Assembly: GCA_947631085.1 (NCBI GenBank)
Contig: CANRJY010000005.1
Span: 25,976 to 89,975 of the forward strand
Reading direction: 5' to 3'
Origin: an uncultured Clostridia bacterium
GTDB lineage: Bacteria; Bacillota; Clostridia; UBA1381
DNA length: 64,000 nt
The notes under the pieces are model-generated. The model was not told the origin of the DNA. It saw nothing but the letters and a program-made list of their open reading frames with translations, and searched no databases. A program made the translations under genes and the position numbers. The stretch's first letter is position 1. Each line of letters opens with the position of its first letter. Of this stretch, positions 6,826-17,360 are shown piece by piece.

Positions 6826-7445
6826 AAATCGAACGGCTTTTACCCAACGAAATCGAAGCGCGCAGTATGGAAATTATCGAAGCGGAGCTTGGGGACACTA
6901 AAATTGATCCCGAGCAAAAACCGATAATCAAGCGCGTGATACATACCACGGCGGATTTTGATTATCTTGAAAATCTCGTTTTTTCGGAAAATGTCATACA
7001 AATCATAAAGGACGCGCTCCGAAACGGGGCGGATATAATCACAGACACGCAGATGGCAAAATCGGGCATAAACAAGCGTATTTTAGCCGATTTGGGCGGC
7101 GAGGTACACTGCTTTATGTCCGACGCGGACGTGGCTGAGACGGCGGGGAAAAACGGCACGACACGCGCGGAGGCGAGCATGGACAAGGCGGCAAGGCTCG
7201 GAGACGGAAATGTTTTCGCGATAGGCAACGCTCCGACCGCGCTCATACGGCTGTATGAACTGATTACGGCGGACGTGTTTAAACCGGCGGCGGTAATAGG
7301 CGTGCCGGTGGGATTTGTGAACGTGGTGCAGGCGAAGGAGCTTATAATGACGGCGGGCGTTCCGTATATAGCCGCGCGCGGGCGAAAGGGCGGAAGCAAC
7401 GTCGCGGCGGCGATATGCAACGCGGTTCTATATGATATCAGATAA
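6822..7445 (+). CDS. cbiC: cobalt-precorrin-8 methylmutase
   Basis: RVIHTTADFDY, GNAPTAL and VGFV motifs. TTG start overlaps the cobO TGA (alternative ATG at 6867). Confidence 0.85.
   Translation: MKIERLLPNEIEARSMEIIEAELGDTKIDPEQKPIIKRVIHTTADFDYLENLVFSENVIQIIKDALRNGADIITDTQMAKSGINKRILADLGGEVHCFMSDADVAETAGKNGTTRAEASMDKAARLGDGNVFAIGNAPTALIRLYELITADVFKPAAVIGVPVGFVNVVQAKELIMTAGVPYIAARGRKGGSNVAAAICNAVLYDIR
6891..6902 (+). repeat. GGGGACACTAAA exact copy (sense, in cbiC, read as GDTK)
   Basis: Read directly. Confidence 0.95.
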
Positions 7446-7533
7446 GACTTTTGTGCAAAAATATGCGGTTTGGTATTGACTGTACATATGTAAAAATGGT
7501 AAAATAAACTGAAATAAAAGCAGGAGAAAACAT

Positions 7534-8397
7534 ATGTGGATTGCGGATAACTGGAAGGATTACAGGCTGATCGACAGCGCGTCGGGCGAGAAGCTCGAAT
7601 ACTGGGGCAAATACCTTTTGCGCCGTCCCGACCCGCAGGCGGTCTGGAGCGTGAAATCGGAAAAAACGCTCTGGAATAAGACCGACGCGCGGTACCACCG
7701 TTCAAGCTCCGGCGGCGGCAAGTGGGAATTTTTCAAAAAACTCCCCGAACGCTGGACGATCGGCTACGGGGATTTGACGTTTAACATAAAACCGATGGGC
7801 TTCAAGCACACCGGTCTTTTTCCCGAGCAGGCGGTCAACTGGGACTGGTTCTCGGGACTGATAAAGGACGCAAAAAAGCCGGTGCGGGTCCTGAATTTGT
7901 TCGCGTATACCGGCGGCGCGACTGTCGCGGCTCTCTCGGCGGGCGCGGAGGTGGTTCATGTTGACGCGGCGAAGGGCATGGTGACGTGGGCGAAGGAAAA
8001 CGTGGTTTCGTCGGGATTGGGCGAGAGACCTGTGCGGTATATCGTTGACGACGTTGTAAAATTCGTAAAGCGCGAGCAGAGGCGCGGGCGGCGGTATGAC
8101 GCGGTAATCATGGATCCTCCCTCGTACGGGCGCGGACCATCGGGCGAGCTTTGGAAGATAGAAAACGAGCTGTATCCGCTGATGGAGGACTGCATGAAAA
8201 TCATGTCGGACGAGCCGCTGTTTTTCCTGATAAACTCGTACACTACGGGGCTGAGCGCGCAGGTGCTTGTAAACGTGCTGTCGATGACGATGAAGGCGAG
8301 ATACGGCGGAAAGGTTACGGCGGACGAAATAGGTTTGCCGATGTCCTCAAACGGATTGGTTCTTCCATGCGGAATAAGCGGCAGGTGGGAAAGATGA
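7534..8397 (+). CDS. class I SAM-dependent methyltransferase (RlmI/YwbD-like)
   Basis: [17 protein letters not shown]-binding motif and a DPPSYG motif. AGGAG RBS upstream. Confidence 0.7.
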   Translation: MWIADNWKDYRLIDSASGEKLEYWGKYLLRRPDPQAVWSVKSEKTLWNKTDARYHRSSSGGGKWEFFKKLPERWTIGYGDLTFNIKPMGFKHTGLFPEQAVNWDWFSGLIKDAKKPVRVLNLFAYTGGATVAALSAGAEVVHVDAAKGMVTWAKENVVSSGLGERPVRYIVDDVVKFVKREQRRGRRYDAVIMDPPSYGRGPSGELWKIENELYPLMEDCMKIMSDEPLFFLINSYTTGLSAQVLVNVLSMTMKARYGGKVTADEIGLPMSSNGLVLPCGISGRWER

Positions 8398-9209
8398 TAA
8401 AAACCGAAAATGTTTCTTTTTCGTATTCGGACGGGGAGCAAGTTCTTAAAAATATAAATTTGGCGATTGAAAAAGGCTCGTTTGCGGCGATAATCGGGTG
8501 CAATGGGAGCGGGAAATCGACGGCTGCGAAGCATTTTAATGCGCTGCTTCTTCCGAAAAGCGGCGCGGTTTATGTGAAGGGAATCGATACGCGCGACGAA
8601 AAGCGGCTGTTTGAGATACGCTCGGCGGCGGGAATGGTGTTTCAAAATCCCGATAATCAGATGGTTGCGGCGATCGTTGAGGACGAGGTCGCGTTTGCGC
8701 CTGAAAATCTCGGCTTGGAGCGAAATGAAATACGCAGACGCGTTGATGAAAGTCTGCGCGCGGTCGGTATGGAGGAATACGCGCTTAAATCGAGCGCGCA
8801 TCTGTCGGGAGGGCAGAAGCAGCGCGTAGCCGTAGCGGCGGCGCTCGCGATGGAGCCGGAATGCCTTATACTCGACGAATCTACTGCGATGCTCGATCCC
8901 CGCGGGCGTGCGGAGCTGATGAAAACAATAAAAAAGCTGAACCGCGGAAATAATCTGACGGTCATTCTGATCACTCACTATATGGACGAAGCCGCGCAAG
9001 CCGACCGCGTGATAGTCATGGACGGCGGCGAGATCGTTATGGACGGAACGCCGCGCGCGGTGTTTTCGGACGTTGAAAAAATCCGCTCGCTCGGGCTTGA
9101 CGTGCCGCAGGCGGCGGAAATCGCGTATGAGCTGGGCTTGAACGGGGCGCTTACCGTTGACGAGTGCGTAAACGCGATCGACGGGCTTCTCGGAGGTGCG
9201 CGGCGATGA
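8394..9209 (+). CDS. ecfA1: energy-coupling factor transporter ATPase
   Basis: Walker [20 protein letters not shown] and LDEST motifs. Internal ATG 8394 (ATGA overlap with the upstream stop) chosen over track start 8151. Confidence 0.85.
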   Translation: MIKTENVSFSYSDGEQVLKNINLAIEKGSFAAIIGCNGSGKSTAAKHFNALLLPKSGAVYVKGIDTRDEKRLFEIRSAAGMVFQNPDNQMVAAIVEDEVAFAPENLGLERNEIRRRVDESLRAVGMEEYALKSSAHLSGGQKQRVAVAAALAMEPECLILDESTAMLDPRGRAELMKTIKKLNRGNNLTVILITHYMDEAAQADRVIVMDGGEIVMDGTPRAVFSDVEKIRSLGLDVPQAAEIAYELGLNGALTVDECVNAIDGLLGGARR

Positions 9210-10054
9210 TAAAAATTGAAAATCTTAACTATGCGTATAAAACCGGCGCGAAAAATCAAAATCAAGCGCTGGTTGACATAAATCTTGAAATAGCGGATAA
9301 CAGCCTGACCGCGCTGATAGGTCACACGGGAAGCGGGAAATCGACGCTTATTCGTCACTTGAACGGGCTTATAAAGCCTGATTCGGGAAAAATTTTTATA
9401 GACGGTACGGAAATTACCGATCCGAAAACGGATCTGCGCAGGGTGCGCTTTGACGTGGGGCTGGTGTTCCAGTATCCCGAGCAGCAGCTTTTCGCGGAAA
9501 CGGTGTATAAGGACATAGCGTTCGGACCGGAAAATATGAAGCTCGGCGCGGACGAGGTGAGGCGGCGCGTGTACGAGGCGGCGGAGATGGTCGGGCTTTC
9601 GGAAAAGTCGCTTGAAAAATCGCCGTTCGAGCTGTCGGGCGGACAGAAGCGGCGCGCGGCGATCGCGGGAGTGCTGGCTATGAAGCCGAAAAATCTTATC
9701 ATGGACGAACCCGCGGCGGGGCTTGATCCGCGCGGCAGGGACGGGATATTCGCGCTTATAAAGCGGCTGCACAAGTCGGGCATGACGATACTTTTCACAT
9801 CCCATTCTATGGAGGACGCGGCGAAAACGGCGGAGCGCGTGATAGTCATGGACAAAGGCAAAATTTTTGCCGAGGGCTCCGTCGGGGAGATATTCGCGCG
9901 CGGGGGAGAGCTCAGAAAAATCGGACTTGACACGCCGCAGGTTACGCGGATCGCCGATAAGCTGAGAGATATGGGCTACGATATACCGCCCGTATACACG
10001 ACGGCTCAAATGACGGACGCGGTAAAAAAAATAATCGGAGGAACAAATGGTTGA
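9206..10054 (+). CDS. ecfA2: energy-coupling factor transporter ATPase
   Basis: Walker [20 protein letters not shown] and MDEPAAGLD motifs. ATG 9206 overlaps the ecfA1 TGA. Confidence 0.85.
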   Translation: MIKIENLNYAYKTGAKNQNQALVDINLEIADNSLTALIGHTGSGKSTLIRHLNGLIKPDSGKIFIDGTEITDPKTDLRRVRFDVGLVFQYPEQQLFAETVYKDIAFGPENMKLGADEVRRRVYEAAEMVGLSEKSLEKSPFELSGGQKRRAAIAGVLAMKPKNLIMDEPAAGLDPRGRDGIFALIKRLHKSGMTILFTSHSMEDAAKTAERVIVMDKGKIFAEGSVGEIFARGGELRKIGLDTPQVTRIADKLRDMGYDIPPVYTTAQMTDAVKKIIGGTNG

Positions 10055-10841
10055 TATATTGATCGGGCAGTATCTCGCGGGCAGCTCCGCGCTGCACAGA
10101 ACGGACGCGCGCGTTAAGATAATACTGCTGATATTATATGCCGCGCTGCTGTTTATGATAAAAAAACCGCTTTCCTACGCGATTTTTGCGGCGTTTACCG
10201 CGGCGCTTACAATGACGGGCGGGATAGGATTTAAAACCGTTATGAAATCAATAAAGCCGCTTAGGTGGATCATAATTTTCACGGCGGCGGTAAATCTGTT
10301 TTTCACAAAGGGCGAGGCGTTTTTTTCGGTTTGGAAAATAGCGATAGCGGCGGAGGGGATAGATTTGGCGGTCAAAATGACCGTGCGGTTATTGTGCTTG
10401 ATAACAGCGTCGTCGCTTCTGACGCTGACAACGCCGCCAATGCGGCTTACTGACGCGGTGGAATCGCTTTTAAGCCCTCTTGCGAGACTGAAGGTGCCGG
10501 TGAGGGAGCTGGCTATGATGATGAGCATAACGCTCAGGTTTATTCCCGTTCTCGCGGAGGAGGCGGACAGGATAATAAAAGCGCAGACGGCGCGCGGAGC
10601 GGATTTCGGCTCGGGCGGCATAATACGCCGAGCGAAATCGCTTGTGCCGGTGATGCTGCCGCTTTTCATAAGCGCGTTTAAGCGAGCGGAGGATTTGGCG
10701 GCGGCTATGGACGCGCGGTGTTTCATAAGCGGCGCGGCGCGGACGAAGCTCTGCGAAAACAGGCTGACACCGTTGGACGCGCGAGCGGGGGCGGTTTTTG
10801 TTGTTTTCGCGGCGGCGGTCATGGCGGCGGAATTGTGGTAA
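10047..10841 (+). CDS. ecfT: energy-coupling factor transporter transmembrane component
   Basis: Polytopic protein with the ARGA..G coupling-helix motif. Follows ecfA1/ecfA2. Confidence 0.85.
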   Translation: MVDILIGQYLAGSSALHRTDARVKIILLILYAALLFMIKKPLSYAIFAAFTAALTMTGGIGFKTVMKSIKPLRWIIIFTAAVNLFFTKGEAFFSVWKIAIAAEGIDLAVKMTVRLLCLITASSLLTLTTPPMRLTDAVESLLSPLARLKVPVRELAMMMSITLRFIPVLAEEADRIIKAQTARGADFGSGGIIRRAKSLVPVMLPLFISAFKRAEDLAAAMDARCFISGAARTKLCENRLTPLDARAGAVFVVFAAAVMAAELW

Positions 10842-10898
10842 ACCATAATTTACACACTCCAAAAATTATAATTGAATTGTAAAGGAATATATGCTATA

Positions 10899-11630
10899 AT
10901 GAATATTAGGCTATCGCTTCAATATGACGGCACGGCTTATCATGGGTGGCAGGTGCAGGAAAATGCCGTTACCGTGCAGGAAATAGTGAAAAACGCGCTC
11001 TCGGAGCTGACGGGGGAGAAAATTAATCTTATCGGCTGCGGACGTACCGACGCGGGCGTTCACGCGCTCGATTATACCTGCAATTTTCACACCGAAACGA
11101 CTATTCCGGTTGAAAAGCTGCCGTACGCGTTAAATTCGCGGCTGCCGGAGGATATAGTCTGCTTCGCGGCGGATGTGGTTCCCGATGATTTTCACGCGAA
11201 AAACAGCGCGGTGAGGAAGCGGTATGTTTATAAAATATTAAACGCTCCGTTCCCCGACGCGTTTATGAAAAATTACGCGTGGCATTTTAAATATCCTCTC
11301 GATACTGCAAAAATGCAAAGGGCGGCGGAGGCGTTTTTGGGCGAGCATGATTTTATCGGCTTCGCGTCGAGCGGATTTACGGTAAAAACTACGGTGAGAA
11401 CAATATATTCGCTCGACGTTTCAAAGGAAAACAATATTATAACGATAGATATAACCGGAAACGGATTTCTGTATAATATGGTGCGTATAATCGCGGGTAC
11501 TCTCGCGTTCGCGGGCTGCGGAAAGCTCGATCCGGACGATACGGCGCGCATAATCGCGTCGAAGGACCGCGCGGAAGCGGGCATTACCGCGCCGCCGCAG
11601 GGACTTTTCCTAAAGGAGGTGTACTATTGA
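10899..11630 (+). CDS. truA: tRNA pseudouridine(38-40) synthase
   Basis: YDGT.YHGWQ, GCGRTDAGVHA and FLYNMVR motifs. ATG 10899 chosen over TTG 10872. Confidence 0.9.
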   Translation: MNIRLSLQYDGTAYHGWQVQENAVTVQEIVKNALSELTGEKINLIGCGRTDAGVHALDYTCNFHTETTIPVEKLPYALNSRLPEDIVCFAADVVPDDFHAKNSAVRKRYVYKILNAPFPDAFMKNYAWHFKYPLDTAKMQRAAEAFLGEHDFIGFASSGFTVKTTVRTIYSLDVSKENNIITIDITGNGFLYNMVRIIAGTLAFAGCGKLDPDDTARIIASKDRAEAGITAPPQGLFLKEVYY

Positions 11631-13201
11631 TGGACGATGAAAAAATCGAAAAATCCATTGATGATATAATTCAATACGGCGATGAATCCGAGGATGATTT
11701 TGATATAGAACCGGAAGAACCTAAAGAGCAAACCGACAATGCGGAAGCCTCCGAAGAAGAAGCCGAAGAGCCTGCGGCGGAACCCGATGAACAAACAGAG
11801 GAAGGCGAAGGAGCCGAAGAGCCCGCAGAGGAATCGGAACCCGAGGAAAAGACTTCGGAAGAAGGCGGCGAATACGAGTTCTATGACGACGGAGACGAAT
11901 ACATCGATTACGAATACGATGAATTGGACGAGGACTTTGAGGATGACGAGGAAGAATACAGAATAAGCACAAAAGCGCTGACGATCATAGCTGTCATAAT
12001 GGCGGTTATCGTGCTTTTCGGCGCGCTTTCGTTCGTCAACATAGGCTTTGTGGGAGAATACAAGAAAAATTTTGCGAGAAACATATCGGTATTGGCGGAT
12101 AAAATGGGAATAAGCTTAGGAGGCGGAGAATTGCAGGCGGAGCCGGAAGCCGCGCAGCCGAAGGAGGCGGGCGCGGTAACGGTTACGGAAAACGGCGAGG
12201 CTGCTACGGCGGAGGGGTATGACACCGAGATCGCGAGCAGCCAGATAATACCTGTGGAAAACGCGGTTTCAGCGCAGTTTGCGAAATATAAAAACGGCGT
12301 TGTGTGCGCGTCTCCGAATAAAATGATGTTTATAGACGGCACCGGAACCGCCGCATGGGAATGCGATACCGTTGTTGTAAATCCCGTGCTGAAAACCGGC
12401 GGCGATTACATACTTCTCACGGAAAAGAACGGCACGCGGATGTGTCTTTATAACGGAAATGAAAATATCTATGACATAAACGCCGACGATAAGCTGATAA
12501 ACTGCTGCGTATCATCAAACGGCGACGTCGCGGCTGTTACGGACAAAGCGGGATATAAAGGCGCGGTTACGGTGTTTAACAAGAGCGGCGCGCAGATTTT
12601 CTCGTGGGCTTCCGGCAGCGACAACGTAATATGCGCCGATATTTCCGCAAAATCACGCCGCGTCGCGGCGGCGCTTTTAAACACCGACGGTCAGGCAAAA
12701 TCAAGCATTAAAATTTTCGATATAAAAGAAACAGAGGCTCTTATGACGACGACATTCGAGGATTCCATTATTTTCGATGTGCGTTTTGCGGGAGATACGC
12801 TGAATGCGTTCGGCGACAACAGCATGATAGGTATGACATCAAGCGGGCGCTTGCTTTACGATATGCGTTTTACCGGCAGCGATTTTGTACACTATTCGAC
12901 GGACGGCGACGGTAATTATGTTCTTCTGCTCGAAAACGCAAATATACCCGTAATCAATCTTTACAACAAAAAGGGAAAGCTGAAGGAGCAGTTTTCCACC
13001 GACGCCCTGCCGGACGTAATCGATATTTACGGAAACAACATCGTATACAACAGCGGCAGAACCATTGTTTCCGGCCGCGCGGACGGTAAAAATATGACGC
13101 GGTTTAACGCGGATATGGATGTGAGAAAGCTGTTTTTGACAGATGAAAAGACGTTTATTATAGTCTATTCCGGAAGCGTGGAAACTGTAACTATGAAATA
13201 A
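11627..13201 (+). CDS. hypothetical single-pass membrane protein with an acidic N-terminal tail and a repeat-rich extracytoplasmic domain
   Basis: About 110 aa of D/E-rich sequence, one TM helix (ALTIIAVIMAVIVLFGALSFV), then about 390 aa predicted beta-rich. ATGA overlap with truA. Confidence 0.7.
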   Translation: MMDDEKIEKSIDDIIQYGDESEDDFDIEPEEPKEQTDNAEASEEEAEEPAAEPDEQTEEGEGAEEPAEESEPEEKTSEEGGEYEFYDDGDEYIDYEYDELDEDFEDDEEEYRISTKALTIIAVIMAVIVLFGALSFVNIGFVGEYKKNFARNISVLADKMGISLGGGELQAEPEAAQPKEAGAVTVTENGEAATAEGYDTEIASSQIIPVENAVSAQFAKYKNGVVCASPNKMMFIDGTGTAAWECDTVVVNPVLKTGGDYILLTEKNGTRMCLYNGNENIYDINADDKLINCCVSSNGDVAAVTDKAGYKGAVTVFNKSGAQIFSWASGSDNVICADISAKSRRVAAALLNTDGQAKSSIKIFDIKETEALMTTTFEDSIIFDVRFAGDTLNAFGDNSMIGMTSSGRLLYDMRFTGSDFVHYSTDGDGNYVLLLENANIPVINLYNKKGKLKEQFSTDALPDVIDIYGNNIVYNSGRTIVSGRADGKNMTRFNADMDVRKLFLTDEKTFIIVYSGSVETVTMK

Positions 13202-13213
13202 GCGGGAGGAATT

Positions 13214-13849
13214 ATGATAAATCTGCTTGATGTGATCGTGCTCGGATTTATAGCGCTGTTTTTTGTGATAAGCTATAAAAAAGGGTTCGTAAAATCAATT
13301 TGGCGCATGGTGGCGGTCGTAATTACAATCGCGGCGGTTATTCTTCTTAAAAATCCTATGGTATCGTTTCTCGCGGGTACGGATATGGCAAGGACGATAC
13401 AAGCCGCGGTAACGGAGCGGCTTGCGCTTTCGGCGGGCTCCGTGACGAGCGAGGCGGCGCAAAGCATGAATATTCCGGCTGTAATAGTAAACAGGCTTAT
13501 AACCGGAGCAGTAAGCAACGCCGGAGAGGAGCTCGCGCGCTCGATTACGATGCTTGCGATTAACATAATCGCGTTTACGGCGCTGTTTGTGATAATAAGG
13601 GTGGTGCTTCATATAGCGTTCACGTTTTTTAACGGAGCCTCGAAGCTGCCAGTTATACATTTTGCAAATAAGCTGCTCGGCGGCGCGGTCGGCGCGGCGA
13701 TGGCGCTTATAACGGTATTTATAGCGTTTGCGTTTATCTCGCTTTTCGCGCGCGCGGACAGTCCTCTGTTCGACATGATAAACGAGTCTTTAATAGTTAA
13801 ATATTTATATAATTACAATATAATATTGCAGCTCATAATGAAGCTGTAA
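13214..13849 (+). CDS. CvpA-family membrane protein
   Basis: N-terminus MINLLDVIVLGFIALFFVISYKKGF and four hydrophobic segments, typical of colicin V production protein-like proteins. Confidence 0.6.
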   Translation: MINLLDVIVLGFIALFFVISYKKGFVKSIWRMVAVVITIAAVILLKNPMVSFLAGTDMARTIQAAVTERLALSAGSVTSEAAQSMNIPAVIVNRLITGAVSNAGEELARSITMLAINIIAFTALFVIIRVVLHIAFTFFNGASKLPVIHFANKLLGGAVGAAMALITVFIAFAFISLFARADSPLFDMINESLIVKYLYNYNIILQLIMKL

Positions 13850-13864
13850 AGGGAGGTTTTTTAA

Positions 13865-15529
13865 ATGTACAGTGATATCGTAAAAAAGGGCGTTGAAAAA
13901 ACGCCGCACCGTTCGCTTTTTAAGGCGGCGGGCTTCACGGACGAGGAAATAAAGCGTCCTCTTATCGGCGTGGTAAGCGCCAAAAACGAGGTTATCCCGG
14001 GACATATCCATCTCGACAAAATAGCCGAGGCGGTAAAGGCGGGCGTACGCATGGCGGGCGGAACGCCTATCGAGTTTCCGTCGATAGGAGTATGCGACGG
14101 AATAGCTATGGGACACGTCGGAATGAAATATTCTCTCGCTTCGCGCGAGCTTATCGCGGACTCTATCGAGTCAATGACGATAGCGCACGGCTTCGACGCG
14201 CTCGTGCTTATCCCCAACTGCGACAAGATAGTACCTGGTATGCTGATGGCGGCGGCGCGTCTTAACAAGCCCGCGATCATCATATCGGGCGGACCTATGC
14301 TTTCGATAAACTACGGCGGCAAATTCCGTGACTTGAATACGACATTCGAGGCGATAGGCGAGTTTAAAGCGGGAACGATCGACGAGGAGGGACTGCTCGG
14401 TCTTGAAAACGCGGCTTGTCCGTCGTGCGGTTCGTGCTCGGGAATGTTCACTGCAAACTCAATGAATTGTCTCTGCGAGGTTCTCGGCATGGCTCTCCCG
14501 GGCAACGGCACGATTCCCGCCGTTTATTCCGAGAGAATAAGACTTGCAAAGGAAGCGGGCATGAAAATCATGGAGCTTCTCGAAAAGGACATAAAGCCGC
14601 GCGATATTATCACGCCCGATTCGCTTTACAACGCGCTGAGAGTTGACATGGCGCTCGGCTGCTCGACAAACTCAATGCTCCACCTGCCCGCGATAGCGCA
14701 CGAGGCTCACGCTCCGATCACGCTCGATTACGCGAACGAGATAAGCAAGGTTACGCCGAATCTCTGCCATTTGGCTCCGGCGGGACATCATCATGTTCAG
14801 GATCTGTATGCGGCGGGCGGCGTTCAGGCGCTTATGAACGAGCTTTCAAAGCATGATTTATTAAAGCTCGACACAATCACCGTAACGGGCAAAACGCTCG
14901 GCGAAAATATAGCGAAATGCCCCGTCAAGGACTACGACGTAATTCGTCCTATAGATAATCCGTATTCGGCAACGGGCGGTATAGCGGTATTAAAGGGAAA
15001 TCTCGCGCCGGACGGCTCAGTCGTAAAGAGAAGCGCGGTCGCGCCTGAAATGCTCAAGCACGAAGGACCGGCAAAGGTATTCGACAGCGAGGACGACGCA
15101 ATAGCGGCGATCTACGCGGGCAAGATAAAGAAGGGCGACGTTGTCGTAATTCGCTACGAAGGACCGAAGGGCGGACCGGGTATGCGCGAAATGCTCTCTC
15201 CGACGTCGGCGATATGCGGTATGGGACTTGACAAGGACGTAGCGCTTATCACAGACGGACGCTTCTCGGGAGCGACGCGCGGCGCGGCGATAGGTCACGT
15301 TTCGCCCGAGGCTGTCGAGGGCGGACCGATTGCGTTCGTAAAGGACGGCGACATAATTCAGATTGACATAGAAAAATGCGAGCTGAACGTAAAGCTTTCC
15401 GACGAGGAGTTTGCGAAGCGCAAGGAGGGCTGGACTCCGAACGAGCCGAAAATCAAGACAGGTTATCTGAGACGCTATTCAAAGCATGTCGCGTCGGGTA
15501 TGCAGGGCGCGGTCATGCTTGACGACTAA
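13865..15529 (+). CDS. ilvD: dihydroxy-acid dehydratase
   Basis: [33 protein letters not shown] and TDGRFSG motifs. Confidence 0.95.
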   Translation: MYSDIVKKGVEKTPHRSLFKAAGFTDEEIKRPLIGVVSAKNEVIPGHIHLDKIAEAVKAGVRMAGGTPIEFPSIGVCDGIAMGHVGMKYSLASRELIADSIESMTIAHGFDALVLIPNCDKIVPGMLMAAARLNKPAIIISGGPMLSINYGGKFRDLNTTFEAIGEFKAGTIDEEGLLGLENAACPSCGSCSGMFTANSMNCLCEVLGMALPGNGTIPAVYSERIRLAKEAGMKIMELLEKDIKPRDIITPDSLYNALRVDMALGCSTNSMLHLPAIAHEAHAPITLDYANEISKVTPNLCHLAPAGHHHVQDLYAAGGVQALMNELSKHDLLKLDTITVTGKTLGENIAKCPVKDYDVIRPIDNPYSATGGIAVLKGNLAPDGSVVKRSAVAPEMLKHEGPAKVFDSEDDAIAAIYAGKIKKGDVVVIRYEGPKGGPGMREMLSPTSAICGMGLDKDVALITDGRFSGATRGAAIGHVSPEAVEGGPIAFVKDGDIIQIDIEKCELNVKLSDEEFAKRKEGWTPNEPKIKTGYLRRYSKHVASGMQGAVMLDD

Positions 15530-15570
15530 AAAGCGGATCATGAAGATGTGCGGATATTTATTTTAAGAAA

Positions 15571-15604
15571 ATGGCGCGGCTTATGCCGCGTCATTTTCGG
15601 TTTT
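15571..15604 (+). terminator. rho-independent terminator after ilvD
   Basis: Hairpin ATGGCGCGGC-TTAT-GCCGCGTCAT followed by TTTCGGTTTT. Confidence 0.65.
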
Positions 15605-15632
15605 GCCCGAACCGGCTTGTTTTCCGCGCAAT

Positions 15633-15666
15633 AAAAAACAGCATTTTCGAAAAAATGCTGTTTTTT
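15633..15666. terminator. bidirectional terminator between ilvD and dapB
   Basis: AAAAAACAGCATTTT / AAAATGCTGTTTTTT palindrome with A/T runs on both sides. Confidence 0.7.
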
Positions 15667-15676
15667 GTAATTTTCA

Positions 15677-16435
15677 TTATATCTCGCCGACAAGATCGGT
15701 CATACTGTACATTCCCGCGGGTTTTCCCGCCATAAACTTCGCGGCTCTTACCGCGCCCACCGCGAATACCTCTTTCGAAGCCGCGTGGTGGCTGAGCGTT
15801 ATGACCTCGTCGTTGCCCGCGAAAATAACGTCGTGCTCGCCCACGATCGTGCCGCCGCGTATAGCGTGCAGTCCGATCTCGGTATTCTTGCGCTTGCGCC
15901 TTACCGAATGGCGGTCATAAACGTACTCGGCGGGATATGACAGCGTTTCGTCAATAGCGTCCGCGATAGCCAAAGCCGTGCCTGATGGCGCGTCTATTTT
16001 CTGATTATGGTGCTTTTCAACGATTTCTATATCGAAATTGCCCTCCAAAAGCTTCGCCGCCGTTTTCGCGAGCGCGATCAAAAGATTTATTCCCAGGCTC
16101 ATATTCGCCGAGAAGAAAATCGGAACGCTCTCCGCCGCTTCCTTCATCTGCGCCTTCTGCTCGTCTGTGTAGCCGGTCGTCGCGAGTATAACGGGTAAGC
16201 GGCGCGTTTTGCAATATTCGAGTATCGCGTCGAGCGCGGACGGATGCGAAAAATCGATCATAACGTCCGCCGCTCCGGTGTATTCCGACGGCGTTTTATA
16301 GACAGGATACGGATTTTCAACAGCGTCGTTTATATCAACGCCCGCGACGATCTCGCAGTCCGCGTCCTCGCTCACGAGGCGGTCTATAACTCTGCCCATC
16401 TTGCCGTTACAGCCGTTTAAAATTATCTTTGTCAT
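15677..16435 (-). CDS. dapB: 4-hydroxy-tetrahydrodipicolinate reductase
   Basis: GCNGKMG NAD motif and EKHHNQKIDAPSGTA motif. ATG 16435 has a GGGAG RBS (track start 16459). Confidence 0.9.
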   Translation of the reverse strand: MTKIILNGCNGKMGRVIDRLVSEDADCEIVAGVDINDAVENPYPVYKTPSEYTGAADVMIDFSHPSALDAILEYCKTRRLPVILATTGYTDEQKAQMKEAAESVPIFFSANMSLGINLLIALAKTAAKLLEGNFDIEIVEKHHNQKIDAPSGTALAIADAIDETLSYPAEYVYDRHSVRRKRKNTEIGLHAIRGGTIVGEHDVIFAGNDEVITLSHHAASKEVFAVGAVRAAKFMAGKPAGMYSMTDLVGEI

Positions 16436-16455
16436 TGGTTTTTCTCCCTTTCCAA

Positions 16456-17346
16456 TCAATACAGCTTCTTAACTCCCATTTTTTCAAGCGATTTTTTAAG
16501 CGTTTCGAGGTTCTTTTCCTCCATGTCAACGAGCGGCATTCTGAGCTTGCCCGCGCTGTAGCCGAGAACGTTCATCGCCGTCTTTATCGGCACGGGATTT
16601 ACCTCGATAAAGAGATTATTTATAAGCTCCAGCATATCAAGCTGTAATTTGCAAGCCTTTACCGCGTCACCGTTTAAGAAATATTCGCATATATTATGCG
16701 TTTCCTCGGGCATAATATTCGCCACGACCGAAATAACGCCCTTGCCGCCGAGCGACATAACAGGCACGATCATATCGTCGTTTCCAGAGTATATGTACAG
16801 ATCCGGCACTTCCGCGGCAACCTTCGCCGTATAGCTGATATTGCCGCTCGCCTCCTTGACCGCGACGATATTTTGTACCTTTGAAAGCTGTTTTAACGTG
16901 TCGATTGCAAACGTCATGCCCGTACGCGACGGAACATTATAGAGTATGACCGGAATTTTAACCGCGTTCGCGATAGCCGTAAAGTGCGCGACAAGTCCCT
17001 TCTGCGTAGTCTTGTTGTAGTACGGCGTAACGGAAAGAATACCGTCCGCGCCCATTTCCTCGGCTTTTTTCGTAAGCTCGATCGCGTGAGCCGTATCGTT
17101 CGAGCCTGTACCAGCGATCACGGGAATACGTCCGTTTGCCTTTTTTATCGTATATTCGATAGTCGCCAAATGCTCCGCGTCCGGCATAGTCGAAGCCTCG
17201 CCGGTAGTACCGCAGATAATGATCGCGTCTGTCTTATTCGCGATATGCATTTCAATCAATCTGCCCAGCTCGTCAAAATTAACGCCGTCCTCCGTAAACG
17301 GAGTAACGATCGCAACGCCCGAGCCTGTGAAAGGTAATGTTTTCAT
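16456..17346 (-). CDS. dapA: 4-hydroxy-tetrahydrodipicolinate synthase
   Basis: GTTGE, YNVPSRT and KEASG (active-site Lys) motifs. ATG 17346 has a GGAGG RBS. Confidence 0.9.
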   Translation of the reverse strand: MKTLPFTGSGVAIVTPFTEDGVNFDELGRLIEMHIANKTDAIIICGTTGEASTMPDAEHLATIEYTIKKANGRIPVIAGTGSNDTAHAIELTKKAEEMGADGILSVTPYYNKTTQKGLVAHFTAIANAVKIPVILYNVPSRTGMTFAIDTLKQLSKVQNIVAVKEASGNISYTAKVAAEVPDLYIYSGNDDMIVPVMSLGGKGVISVVANIMPEETHNICEYFLNGDAVKACKLQLDMLELINNLFIEVNPVPIKTAMNVLGYSAGKLRMPLVDMEEKNLETLKKSLEKMGVKKLY

Positions 17347-17360
17347 TGTATAACCTCCTA

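Noticed and set aside
1-6902. The GGGGACACTAAA copies as a CRISPR array.
   Set aside because: The unit is only 12-13 nt. Spacing is irregular (18 to about 1480 nt). Orientation is mixed. All copies lie inside intact conserved CDSs. There are no cas genes.
8151-8393. 5' extensions of track ORFs (8151, 6259, 9164, 10872, 24055, 33405, 34940, 37674, 55858, 57095).
   Set aside because: Internal starts have proper RBSs, coincide with ATGA/TGATG coupling to the upstream stop, and match the normal family N-termini. The extensions overlap upstream genes or riboswitch sequence.
7956-10009. Long antisense ORFs in the track (7956..8999, 8978..10009, and likewise 1772..2458, 2089..2736, 6962..7705, 38112..39128, 58923..59774, 19058..19763) as real genes.
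   Set aside because: They lie entirely opposite well-supported CDSs. They are Arg/Ser/Pro-rich with no motifs or RBSs. They are typical shadow ORFs of moderately GC-rich coding DNA.
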